From positions 1 to 24,558 of IMG/VR virus record IMGVR_UViG_3300025396_000072: DNA of 24,558 bases. One strand, given 5' to 3'. This DNA comes from a virus. Its lineage: Duplodnaviria; Caudoviricetes. Below are positions 15,988-24,302 of this stretch, one piece after another (the first letter of the stretch is position 1; each line of letters begins with the position of its first letter). Made by a program: the position numbers and the translations under genes. Below the pieces are notes generated by a model, which saw only the letters and a program-made list of their open reading frames with translations, searched no databases and was not told where the DNA came from.

Positions 15988-18062
15988 CAGTAACCCCGCA
16001 CGTCACCGAAGTCTGCATCCACCAAGATGCGACCACATTGATAGTCGCCGTTTTGCTGGTTAGAAACAAACTGTAGTTTCAACTCGCGGCGCTGTTCCTT
16101 CATGTCGATCTTGCCCGTAGACATATCAAAATCATAGGGTTGGCTAACCACGTCATCTTCTTGAGAATATGGCCGCCCAACAACGTAGAGAGTCATCGCG
16201 CCGTTACCGATAAAGTCCGGCTCTACGCGCTCTAAACGACACCACATGTTGTCACCGGCCAAAGATTTCTGAGCAGGGCCGCCACCGATCCAGCCAAGGT
16301 CTGAAGTAGTGAATGATGACTTGATTGCATCATCTCCAGCCAACGAAACCGAATCAGTTCCAATTTCATGCTGCCAGAGGCTAACCTTACCCGATTGGGT
16401 TTGGAAGGTAGCCGTCACGGTAGCGGTAGCCGTAGCATTAGCAGACAGCGTGACAGCAAAATACCCGGCCGTTGAACTGGGGGCGATTGCGGTCACATAG
16501 GAGCCGGTTGGTACACCAGAAGCAGAAACAACCTGACCCAAAGCGATCTGGTTGGTTTGAACCATCTGAATGACGTTGCTGCTGGTTGCCGTGGTAATTG
16601 ACTCAACAAAGATGGTTTGAGCCGTGCTTAGATCTTCTCCGGCGGCAACTGGATACCTAAATACTTGTGAGAAATAGCCAGCAGTTCTTGTAGCACCAAC
16701 AGCCGATCCGGCGTCATACCAACAATTCTCGCGGACGTTGTAGATGATGGCGTCGTTGCATTCGGTGGCAGTTCCTCTAGGATAAAACCACCATATTTCA
16801 CCAAAACGGGGAACTTTGGTAGCCCATACTTTTTGCCGCTGTGCATAATTTAAATTATCGAAGAAGTAGTTCTGGTTCATATTGTTCGGGATCTCCTTCA
16901 CAACACCGCTGTAAAGCAAGAACCGATCAGTACCAATCCAGTAATAGATGCCGTCATACTCGATCACGCACTGTGATGACAAGATCGAAGTCTGACTAGA
17001 AATAATGTCGTAGCGCCAATAGAAGGTGCTGGAAGTTGTTCCAGTTGTTACCGTGGTCGGCGTATAAGACACGCGAATCAGCGAATCCAAGGCCCAAAAC
17101 AATCCCGAGGGGGCGTTAGAACCACCGCGAACAGGCAAACCCTTGACGATCTTCGTTGAGGCCACGTTGTTGGCGTTTGAATCAGCGCTGTTCCAATTGT
17201 AAGGGTCGCCGGCCGCACAGTTTTGAATCAAACCGTTGTTACCGTACACAAAAACGTATGGATAAAGAACAACCACGCCACCAGAAACCGAGATCACGTT
17301 ACCGGTTGGGTTTGGGCCGTTGGTGTCTGAAAGCGGGGCCAAGGCCGTGCCGGTGTTCAAACCGGCAAAAACAGGCGAATTAGTGGAACTGTCGATGGCC
17401 GCCAAGTTCTGGCCGGGATGAGCCAACAAAAGGCTTGTGCCGCTGCCCTGAGAGTCGTAAACGGCGTCGATTTGCCAAAGATTAAGGTCAGTAGCCGTGA
17501 ACTGGTTACCCACCGTAGCAACGGTCAAAACGAGGCCAGAGCCTGAGCCGCCCAACTTGGTGTTGCTGGCGCTCAGAGTGTTACCCACAGCATATCCACT
17601 GCCGTAGTATGTGATCTTGACGGCGGTAATGACACCACCGGCCACCGTGATGTTGGCTAGTGCGCCTGACCCCGAACCCGTTGTAGTCGTGAGTGGGACG
17701 GCATAGTATGTGCCGGCAGTGGTGTAGCCTGTGCCTGCGTTGGTAATCGTGACCGATAGCAAGCCAACAGTAAAAGTGAAATCATTAACAGCCCCACCAA
17801 TCCCGTTGCCATCCACCTGAATAACCTGAAAGCCATTGTTGTAACCGCTGTAGATGTAGTTGCTACCATTGAGCGAATTAACGTACATCCCGCGCGAATA
17901 ACCAGACAAGTTATTAGTGATCTGCCGATAACCCAAGATCTTGCGTGGTCGGCCTCGCTGAAACCGAACCCAAAGTCCGTCGGTGTAATAGGCTTTATCA
18001 AAATACGTTCCATCCCGTTGGATACCGGGCAACGTATTGATACTGAAGACTTTCTTTGTCAT
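15987..18062 (-). CDS. tail nozzle / stabilization protein (P22 gp10 or T7 gp12-like beta-propeller)
   Basis: 691 aa, beta-rich; 'PGIQRDGT...WVRFQRGRPRKI.G', 'GEIWWFYP...CNDAIIYNVRENCWY'; follows adaptor and tail protein. Confidence 0.72.
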   Translation of the reverse strand: MTKKVFSINTLPGIQRDGTYFDKAYYTDGLWVRFQRGRPRKILGYRQITNNLSGYSRGMYVNSLNGSNYIYSGYNNGFQVIQVDGNGIGGAVNDFTFTVGLLSVTITNAGTGYTTAGTYYAVPLTTTTGSGSGALANITVAGGVITAVKITYYGSGYAVGNTLSASNTKLGGSGSGLVLTVATVGNQFTATDLNLWQIDAVYDSQGSGTSLLLAHPGQNLAAIDSSTNSPVFAGLNTGTALAPLSDTNGPNPTGNVISVSGGVVVLYPYVFVYGNNGLIQNCAAGDPYNWNSADSNANNVASTKIVKGLPVRGGSNAPSGLFWALDSLIRVSYTPTTVTTGTTSSTFYWRYDIISSQTSILSSQCVIEYDGIYYWIGTDRFLLYSGVVKEIPNNMNQNYFFDNLNYAQRQKVWATKVPRFGEIWWFYPRGTATECNDAIIYNVRENCWYDAGSAVGATRTAGYFSQVFRYPVAAGEDLSTAQTIFVESITTATSSNVIQMVQTNQIALGQVVSASGVPTGSYVTAIAPSSTAGYFAVTLSANATATATVTATFQTQSGKVSLWQHEIGTDSVSLAGDDAIKSSFTTSDLGWIGGGPAQKSLAGDNMWCRLERVEPDFIGNGAMTLYVVGRPYSQEDDVVSQPYDFDMSTGKIDMKEQRRELKLQFVSNQQNGDYQCGRILVDADFGDVRGY

Positions 18063-19306
18063 CAGAAAGTACCACCAGAAACACCACCCGTGAAGGTTCC
18101 AGATCCATTGATCTGCAAACCGCCTGCTGTCAGAGCAAACAAGTTTACGCCAAGAATGGAGATGTCAAACTCACCTGAGTTAGCGCGGTAAACCCCAGTG
18201 GTCGGCTCCGAGGAGAAATAGAGGGATGGTGCGCCAGCAGTACCATTAGGCAATGAGAGCGAACTAGAACCAGCCAAGATCGTGTTGGCGTTCACTAAGT
18301 TGATCGAGTCGCAGATCAGAATAGATTGCAGGTTTGAGCCGATGGTGGCATTTGCACCACCAGAAACGCCTGTGGTGATCGTCACGGTGTAGTTGCTAAC
18401 ACCGCCGACCGTTGCGTTCTCAATGTAGTACACCTGCACCGAAGGAGGTACTTGGATCGTCACGTTGGCCGTCAGCGTACCGACAAACTTCATGATGACG
18501 TTAGACGCCTCTGTGGTTGTCAGGACGTATGTGCCATTCGTAACCGATTTGGTTAATTGAGTAAAGGCGAAGTTGGTATTGCGGCCCAAACCCACGGTAT
18601 AGAAAGCGCCACCAGAGCAAACAACGATGGCCGAGTCACCGGGATTGAAGTACAGATTAGCCGAGCCGTTAATCGTGTCAGAGCCTTGGCAAAGCAGGTT
18701 TAAAGCGCCTGTACCGGAGTTTCGGACATTCATGTACCAACTGTTGCCCAAAGAGGCCGCAGACCCCAATGTGAGCGTTCCTGCGCCACCAACCCAGACA
18801 TAGGTCTGGGCGAGATAGGTGGAGTCAGTTGTTTGGCTGGCCGAGAAGGTCGTGACCGGCGTGACGGTATTGAGCGTGTTGGAGATTGCCAACAAGCCAT
18901 ATCCAGCCAAGGTGGCCGCTTGAACCGAGGAGGCTCCAGAACCAAAGGCAAGGTCGTTCCAAGTGCCTGCATCGGTGCTGACGTTTGTCAGGTAGATGTA
19001 AACCGCACTACTGGGGGCGATGCTTGCGATCAGCGTTGAACCGCCATAAGCGTAGACATTGAGAGTTGCAGACCCGTAGTTGCGGATCATTGCATCTTGG
19101 CCGACAGAAGCCTGAGATGCTGGGGGCATGATCAGGTGGTATGCCGAATTGGATGTCGAAACATCCATAATCCGAGCCGCATACGTTTCGGTTCCGTTGC
19201 CGTCGAATGACCAGAACAACTGAGTCGTTGCGGTCAATGTGATGTTGTTGTAGGAAACGTCTGTTGGCTGAATGACGTCGCCGGTGAATGGGCTTAAATA
19301 ACTCAT
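18062..19306 (-). CDS. tail structural protein (fibre/spike-like, 414 aa)
   Basis: Ser/Thr/Gly-rich beta protein; 'GTAGAPSLYFSSEPTTGVYR' motif seen in tail fibres; between adaptor and nozzle. Confidence 0.65.
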   Translation of the reverse strand: MSYLSPFTGDVIQPTDVSYNNITLTATTQLFWSFDGNGTETYAARIMDVSTSNSAYHLIMPPASQASVGQDAMIRNYGSATLNVYAYGGSTLIASIAPSSAVYIYLTNVSTDAGTWNDLAFGSGASSVQAATLAGYGLLAISNTLNTVTPVTTFSASQTTDSTYLAQTYVWVGGAGTLTLGSAASLGNSWYMNVRNSGTGALNLLCQGSDTINGSANLYFNPGDSAIVVCSGGAFYTVGLGRNTNFAFTQLTKSVTNGTYVLTTTEASNVIMKFVGTLTANVTIQVPPSVQVYYIENATVGGVSNYTVTITTGVSGGANATIGSNLQSILICDSINLVNANTILAGSSSLSLPNGTAGAPSLYFSSEPTTGVYRANSGEFDISILGVNLFALTAGGLQINGSGTFTGGVSGGTF

Positions 19307-19965
19307 GTGTCAAGTACCGATGCTTGTCTGTCACCAATACGCTGCGTATCCTCGGCTTTGAGGGCACTCATCGCTGCTGTATATTGCTGTTGCCACATCG
19401 GGATTCTGTCATCGTTCTTTAAAAACGGCATAGCCTGAAGGAGCGAACCATACAACAGCGCTTGCGGCGCATACTGGGTGAACCAGTTGGTTTGGTTGGA
19501 AGAATCAAGCGGCTGTACCCGCTCGTAGTAGAGAACCTCAAAAGCGTAGGCTTGATCAGGTGTCGGTGCTACTAACCAGTTGTCGTAGTTGTAGTCACCG
19601 TAGTACAAAGGAAGTCCCTCTGTCGTGGCATTTTGGTCATAAAACCGCAGATACTCATACTTGCGTAAAAGGACTGGGTTTCGATTCCCTGACGAATCGG
19701 TTACGTTCATCGACACTGTTTTGTGCCAGCGAACGGGTTTTGCAATGATTGGATTGCCGGGAACCATCGTGCTGGTAGCAACGTTCAAATTCCCGAGGAA
19801 CTTGATGTCGATAGAGATGGTTTGCTCCGCCAACATGATGAAGAGCGGAATGTTTTGGAGCGTCACCGCATCGGAGCGCTCAAGGTAGTTCTGGATATTT
19901 ACCGTCAGCGAGTCATAGGTCATTACAGACGCTGTACTAGCAATCGGAGATGCTGTCGTGGTCAT
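19303..19965 (-). CDS. head-tail adaptor / tail tubular protein
   Basis: 'MTYDSL...I.NYLER.D...IP.FI.LAE', 'P.YY', 'APTPD..Y..EVLYY', 'NW....P..LLYGSL' pattern of podovirus adaptors. Confidence 0.78.
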   Translation of the reverse strand: MTTTASPIASTASVMTYDSLTVNIQNYLERSDAVTLQNIPLFIMLAEQTISIDIKFLGNLNVATSTMVPGNPIIAKPVRWHKTVSMNVTDSSGNRNPVLLRKYEYLRFYDQNATTEGLPLYYGDYNYDNWLVAPTPDQAYAFEVLYYERVQPLDSSNQTNWFTQYAPQALLYGSLLQAMPFLKNDDRIPMWQQQYTAAMSALKAEDTQRIGDRQASVLDT

Positions 19966-20002
19966 AACCTATAACCCCAATAAATATGAATCACATTTCG
20001 CC

Positions 20003-20031
20003 ATTTTATATGCCTTTATCCCTCTAAGCAA
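20003..20031 (-). promoter_or_regulatory. sigma70-like promoter upstream of the adaptor gene
   Basis: Minus strand TTGCTT (20031-20026), 17 nt, TAAAAT (20008-20003), in one of the few intergenic gaps. Confidence 0.55.
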
Positions 20032-20617
20032 GGACGGCCAAAGCCTGTCGGGTCAAGGCGACACGCTCATTGAGGCCAAAAAGACCACCATTGATACGTT
20101 TGGTCAACCCTTCCCAGTTTTCTGCCTCTGCCAAGGCATTACAGCCGTGCGTTTGCCAGAACCAGCCACCACTCATGGCAGCGTACATCGGCTGGGATAC
20201 TGGGGCTGGGTTATGCACGAAATTCATGCCTACAGCCTGCCCAAAGTGCCAGAAATTGTCGTGCCCGGTCAACTGGATGATGCCGCGCCCGTGGTACAGC
20301 CACCCATCCCCTGACGCCTCATCACGGTTTCCCATACGGTTCGAGTAAATCCGGTTGGCAATACGCTGAGGCTGGTGGGCGTACTGCTCGATCTCACCCG
20401 GCTTGAATTTATGCCCAAATAGGCGGTTCAGGGTATCAGCCGAGTAGTTGAGGTTTTCCTCTAACTTCCTAAAGTGGCCAGATTCGTGGGAGCATTGGCC
20501 AATAAAAGCGGCCTGTTTAGGCAAGTCATCGATGCCAAACTTCCTAAAAGTGGCTTCTAAAGGTTCAACCCATTCAGCACCAATACCCAAGGCGTGGAGT
20601 TTCTCAGCGGTGATCAT
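20024..20617 (-). CDS. glycoside hydrolase family 19 endolysin
   Basis: 'AAFIGQCSHES', 'ENLNYS', 'GDGWLYHGRGIIQLTG..N', 'TKRINGG..GLNER'. Confidence 0.93.
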   Translation of the reverse strand: MITAEKLHALGIGAEWVEPLEATFRKFGIDDLPKQAAFIGQCSHESGHFRKLEENLNYSADTLNRLFGHKFKPGEIEQYAHQPQRIANRIYSNRMGNRDEASGDGWLYHGRGIIQLTGHDNFWHFGQAVGMNFVHNPAPVSQPMYAAMSGGWFWQTHGCNALAEAENWEGLTKRINGGLFGLNERVALTRQALAVLA

Positions 20618-21192
20618 TTGACCCCCTCATTGACTGTCTGCCTTACTTGGTTGTAGGTGGTGATGCAGGCGTTGAGTTGGGTGATGGCTGTGTCGCCTTC
20701 TGCTGCGATGGCGATAAGATCTTTGATAGCCTGTCGCTCAGTGTCGGACTCATTGGTTGGATTTCCTCCGGCAGCGGGGGCATCTGCACCGGCTTGTACA
20801 CCACAGGAGGAGGGGAGGCGCAACTCGCCAGAGTCAGCGCGAGAAACAAGATCATTCTGCTTGGTTTTGACATCATTTTTCGCTTTCCTAAGTGCTGAAT
20901 TGGCGGTTGCTAACTTGCCGTTTAGTTCGGCTTCTTTGGCTCTTGCTTCGCCGTTAAGTCGTTCAATTTCTGCTTTATCTTCGTCAACACGGCGTTGATA
21001 ACCTCGATGATCTGCGACATAAAAACCTCCCAATAGGACTAACACGATTCCCACAACCTTCAAAACGAGGGCATGGGGCTTTAGCATAGGTATAAACCCT
21101 ACGAAAAAACTCAGGGCATAACCTACAGCCCCGACCACCAAAGCGGCCACGGCGAGGACATAAAACAGGTCGTCAAAGAACCAACTAAGCAT
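20614..21192 (-). CDS. Rz: Rz-like inner-membrane spanin
   Basis: Likely start MLSWFF at 21192; N-terminal TM helices, coiled coil, 'GELRL...C...A.EGD.AI.QLNACI..Y' C-terminus; contains an embedded lipoprotein ORF. Confidence 0.82.
   Translation of the reverse strand: MLSWFFDDLFYVLAVAALVVGAVGYALSFFVGFIPMLKPHALVLKVVGIVLVLLGGFYVADHRGYQRRVDEDKAEIERLNGEARAKEAELNGKLATANSALRKAKNDVKTKQNDLVSRADSGELRLPSSCGVQAGADAPAAGGNPTNESDTERQAIKDLIAIAAEGDTAITQLNACITTYNQVRQTVNEGVK
20643..20876 (-). CDS. Rz1: Rz1-like outer-membrane spanin lipoprotein, embedded in Rz
   Basis: Signal peptide with lipobox LASC, Pro-rich mature part, wholly nested in another frame of Rz. Confidence 0.78.
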   Translation of the reverse strand: MMSKPSRMILFLALTLASCASPPPVVYKPVQMPPLPEEIQPMSPTLSDRLSKILSPSQQKATQPSPNSTPASPPTTK

Positions 21193-21658
21193 TGTGGGCC
21201 TCTGCTCTTGCTTGGGCCATGCGTTCACGTTCGTGATCTGGCTCCAAATTAGGAGGGGCAGCCGGCATAGGTGGGGGCGTCCAACTTGGAGCCATCATAA
21301 CCACCGGAGCCGGCGGAGGGGGTGGTGGAGGCGTATAGGCAGCCGTATTGTTCTTGGCTGCTGTGATCATGTTGGATGCCTCTGTCGTGATGCCCTTGGT
21401 CAGAATGCCACCAATACCGCCCACAATCAACAAAACGATGTCGTTGAGCATCTTGGTATACGCTTGGTCGATCGGAGCCATAGCCTTCATTGGCTGAGTC
21501 ACGAACGTCACCGAATACAGCAAAGCAATGGTGATAAAACCAAAGATCAACGTCACCATGATGATGACAAACGCCCGAACTCGGGTGTCTATTTCATCGG
21601 CAGTTAGTCGCTGCTGATCCGGGTTGCGCGTTAGGAGGGCTAACAGAAGTTCCTTCAA
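21185..21658 (-). CDS. two-TM membrane protein with polyproline tail (holin candidate)
   Basis: Two hydrophobic segments ('AFVIIMVTLIFGFITIALLYSVTFV', 'IVLLIVGGIGGIL'), P7 run; directly upstream of spanin and endolysin. Confidence 0.65.
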   Translation of the reverse strand: MKELLLALLTRNPDQQRLTADEIDTRVRAFVIIMVTLIFGFITIALLYSVTFVTQPMKAMAPIDQAYTKMLNDIVLLIVGGIGGILTKGITTEASNMITAAKNNTAAYTPPPPPPPAPVVMMAPSWTPPPMPAAPPNLEPDHERERMAQARAEAHNA

Positions 21659-21836
21659 TTTTCTTCTCCAGAATAGGGGCTATAAGATAGTCAGGACAGG
21701 TCTGCGAGAACTCACAGGCAGGCTTTTGACACTGAGCATCACCAAAGTGCTTTGGGTCTTGGCAGTGGTAACGATATTCGTCACCGCAGCCGTTAATGCT
21801 TAGAGTGATGAACAGGATGGCTATTCTTTTTAGCAT
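21594..21836 (-). CDS. Cys-rich lipoprotein (80 aa)
   Basis: Start moved to MLKRIAIL at 21836; lipobox-like INGC; 'RYHCQDP...C.KPAC...TCP'. Confidence 0.7.
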   Translation of the reverse strand: MLKRIAILFITLSINGCGDEYRYHCQDPKHFGDAQCQKPACEFSQTCPDYLIAPILEKKIEGTSVSPPNAQPGSAATNCR

Positions 21837-22302
21837 AGTCAACACTCTCCTGAACAAATAAAAACCCAACATACCCAAGGACGATAACTAAGACCGCAAT
21901 CAAAGCAAAGATCATGAATTCTTCTTGTTCTTTTTTCTTAGCCTTGGCTCGGTCTTCAGCAGCCTGAGTCGCAAACTTGTCGGCCTTATCCATTTGACCG
22001 GCACGGGCTTTAATTTTGTTCCAGACATCAATCTTGCCGGCTTGCATAAAGAGCATCTGCAATTCAGCCTCAAATTGCTTAGCCTGCTCAAGCGCCATCT
22101 CAATTTGGATGGCCGTGCCCATGTTGGAGGACTTGCCTGAATCCTTGGCTTCTTGAACCGCCTGCACCGCATTGGTCTTGGCGTCAAAATACTTACCCAG
22201 AACAGGGCCGAGAGAACCTACATCATCAACAGTCGCACTGATCTTTTTGACGAGTTTTACTGCTGATTGAATCGCCGCTAGAGCGGTTAGTGGATCGATC
22301 AT
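21793..22302 (-). CDS. helical protein with C-terminal transmembrane anchor (169 aa)
   Basis: GGGGG RBS; amphipathic N-terminus, coiled coil, TM 'FMIFALIAVLVIVLGYVGFLFV'. Confidence 0.72.
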   Translation of the reverse strand: MIDPLTALAAIQSAVKLVKKISATVDDVGSLGPVLGKYFDAKTNAVQAVQEAKDSGKSSNMGTAIQIEMALEQAKQFEAELQMLFMQAGKIDVWNKIKARAGQMDKADKFATQAAEDRAKAKKKEQEEFMIFALIAVLVIVLGYVGFLFVQESVDYAKKNSHPVHHSKH

Positions 22303-22336
22303 TTGCCACCCCCTTTCTAGACAGCAATTTTAAGTC

Positions 22337-22531
22337 TTACAACCCAAAAAATTTGTGAAAAAACGTACCAGCAACACCGGGGCCGAGAAGAACTAAAAGC
22401 ATGACACCGTAGAGCAAATACTCTATCTTGGTCATGCGTTTATCGCCGTCCTTGAGCATCTGGAAGATATGGTTGTATCTCTCAGTGCAAATGGCCTCAT
22501 GAACGGCCAAGTCCTTCTCGATGTCGCTCAT
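22337..22531 (-). CDS. small coiled-coil membrane protein (XhlA/holin-like)
   Basis: 'HEAICTERY' motif, short coiled coil, C-terminal TM. Confidence 0.68.
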   Translation of the reverse strand: MSDIEKDLAVHEAICTERYNHIFQMLKDGDKRMTKIEYLLYGVMLLVLLGPGVAGTFFHKFFGL

Positions 22532-22707
22532 CAGTCAAAACCCCGAAGAGTCTTGGCCAAACGAGCGCGTTGCCCCATCTTTCCGGGTTTCTTGGCAGCG
22601 GCTTCCAGTTTCTTGGCAGGAATCTTCTTGCCTTCAGGAACGTGCAAAGCCTCTTTCAAAGCGCCGGGGTGCTTAATTGCACCAGCAATCCAGTTCTTTG
22701 TGGCCAT
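22531..22707 (-). CDS. small basic phage protein (58 aa)
   Basis: AAGGAG RBS before ATG at 22707; 'NWIAGAIKHPGAL...GKKIP..KL..AA...G..G.RARLA.TL'. Confidence 0.75.
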   Translation of the reverse strand: MATKNWIAGAIKHPGALKEALHVPEGKKIPAKKLEAAAKKPGKMGQRARLAKTLRGFD

Positions 22708-22709
22708 GA

Positions 22710-23108
22710 TCAAGACTCCTTGGGTGGCTCTACCACCGCTGGTTCATCAGCCACAGCAGGGGTGCTATCAGGAAGAACCTCAGCAGCGGGTGCTTCACCA
22801 GCATCATTACTACCAGCATCAGCAGAAACGGCAGGAGCATCGGCAGGGCTTGCCTCAGCAACTGGAGCATCAGGCTCGGCGGCGGGAGCCACTGGAGCAA
22901 CGCAAGTAAAGACTCCACCGGTGGCTACCACAGGGGCTGTAAAGGTATTAAGGGGCACGGGAACCGTAGCGGGCTGGGGTGGGTTAACCACGGCAGGCTT
23001 TGGGTCACCGGTACGGCTATCCAAGAAGTCGATGAACTTGTGGATTTCATCAGAAACTTCGGTCTCAAAGTCTTGGAGATGCAAGCGCAAATTGTCAATG
23101 AAGGACAT
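22710..23108 (-). CDS. acidic Pro/Ala-rich, probably disordered protein (132 aa)
   Basis: AGGAG RBS; helical N-terminus then low-complexity A/P/D/E tail. Confidence 0.7.
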   Translation of the reverse strand: MSFIDNLRLHLQDFETEVSDEIHKFIDFLDSRTGDPKPAVVNPPQPATVPVPLNTFTAPVVATGGVFTCVAPVAPAAEPDAPVAEASPADAPAVSADAGSNDAGEAPAAEVLPDSTPAVADEPAVVEPPKES

Positions 23109-23111
23109 AAA

Positions 23112-23279
23112 TTACTCCTGAGTTAGTTGAACTGGGGTTTCTACAGGGGGTGGGGCCAATTGTGATTGAGCCTCTTGTTGGAGAGATTGGATCAACTGAA
23201 ACACTTCATGGAAAGGGCGGTTGCCCAAATAAGCCAATACTTGGTTAAGCAGTTGTGTGCTGACTGTGATCTTGTCCAT
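23112..23279 (-). CDS. small hypothetical protein (55 aa)
   Basis: Not in ORF track. MDKITVSTQLLNQVLAYLGNRPFHEVFQLIQSLQQEAQSQLAPPPVETPVQLTQE*; AGGA RBS. Confidence 0.7.
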   Translation of the reverse strand: MDKITVSTQLLNQVLAYLGNRPFHEVFQLIQSLQQEAQSQLAPPPVETPVQLTQE

Positions 23280-23538
23280 GTTCAATTCCTAATTTGTTAA
23301 GGGTTAAAGGTGACTTAAAAGTGGCTGTAGAAGTTTCTCGGTCGATCGTCATGTCTGCATCACAGCAAACGTTCCAATCCTCAGAACCCTCTTGTTTTTC
23401 GCTGTAGGAGAAGCACTCAAGACGAAAATGCTTGACGATGTATTCCTTCTCGCCCTCAAAGATGCGCCAGACATGCTCCATAGACCCACGGCCGGGAGCG
23501 CCTCGGGACTTGTTGAACCTGATGCGGTACTTAGCCAT
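23245..23538 (-). CDS. hypothetical protein coupled to the dioxygenase gene (97 aa)
   Basis: TGATG coupling; 'YRIRFNKSRG.PGRG..EHVWR.FE' motif. Confidence 0.72.
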   Translation of the reverse strand: MAKYRIRFNKSRGAPGRGSMEHVWRIFEGEKEYIVKHFRLECFSYSEKQEGSEDWNVCCDADMTIDRETSTATFKSPLTLNKLGIEHGQDHSQHTTA

Positions 23539-24263
23539 CAGACAATCTCCGCCTTTGACTCGGGAACTACAGCGTTGATTTGCTGATCATTCATTTTGAC
23601 ACCGATGTTGAAGTGGATAAACGTCAATGGTTTCAGAGAACCGTGACGAGTAAATGAATGTGGCAACCAAGAATTGGCAAAAAATATCATGCCGGGTTCT
23701 GGCGTGAAGTTAACCATGTTGCTGGCCTCAGACACATTAGCAATGTTATCTTCAGGCATGTGAGCCATCACCTTGCCGGGGCGAGGGTCATGGATCACCA
23801 CGCGCGAAGAGTCTGGGGGTACATCAATGAAGTAGAACCCTACGATTTGAGCGCCGTATGGGTGTACATGCTCATCCATAGCAGAGTGCTTATGGTGTTC
23901 TTGACCCCAAAACTCGGTGAAGAAAGTCACCTTGTCGATCATCCGAAAACCCTGAGCCTGAAGGATGTTCCAAGCGGTTCCAGCAATATACGAACAAAGA
24001 CCCTGCATACGAGGGTCATTGAATAGGTTACCAGTCATTACGACTGGATAGAGTTGGTTACCTAACTTGTCGCCGCTTTTCTTCTTTTCCTTCTTAATCG
24101 GGGCAATGTTCTCACTGAAAACAGCCCGAGCATCGGCTAAGAACTCTTCTTTCTTGATCGTATATATTGGGGTTGGGAAGTAGATGCCGGTGCTGAGTTG
24201 CTCCTGCGGCTTCTCTTCCTTTACCTCAACATCACCAACAACTTCGGTATTCGCAGTGCACAT
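23538..24263 (-). CDS. TIGR02466-like Fe(II) dioxygenase (double-stranded beta-helix fold)
   Basis: 'YFPTPIY', 'HVH', 'GFYFI', 'HDPRP', 'PEPG.IFF.NSWLPH', 'IHFN'; AAGGA RBS. Confidence 0.85.
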   Translation of the reverse strand: MCTANTEVVGDVEVKEEKPQEQLSTGIYFPTPIYTIKKEEFLADARAVFSENIAPIKKEKKKSGDKLGNQLYPVVMTGNLFNDPRMQGLCSYIAGTAWNILQAQGFRMIDKVTFFTEFWGQEHHKHSAMDEHVHPYGAQIVGFYFIDVPPDSSRVVIHDPRPGKVMAHMPEDNIANVSEASNMVNFTPEPGMIFFANSWLPHSFTRHGSLKPLTFIHFNIGVKMNDQQINAVVPESKAEIV

Positions 24264-24302
24264 GTTCTTCCTTATTTAGTTAAGTGGGAATTACATTATG
24301 CA

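Noticed and set aside
22303-22336. TAAAAT in the short intergenic gap (minus strand), and CATAAT near 24295, as promoters
   Set aside because: No acceptable -35 element at 16-18 nt spacing, so there is too little evidence.
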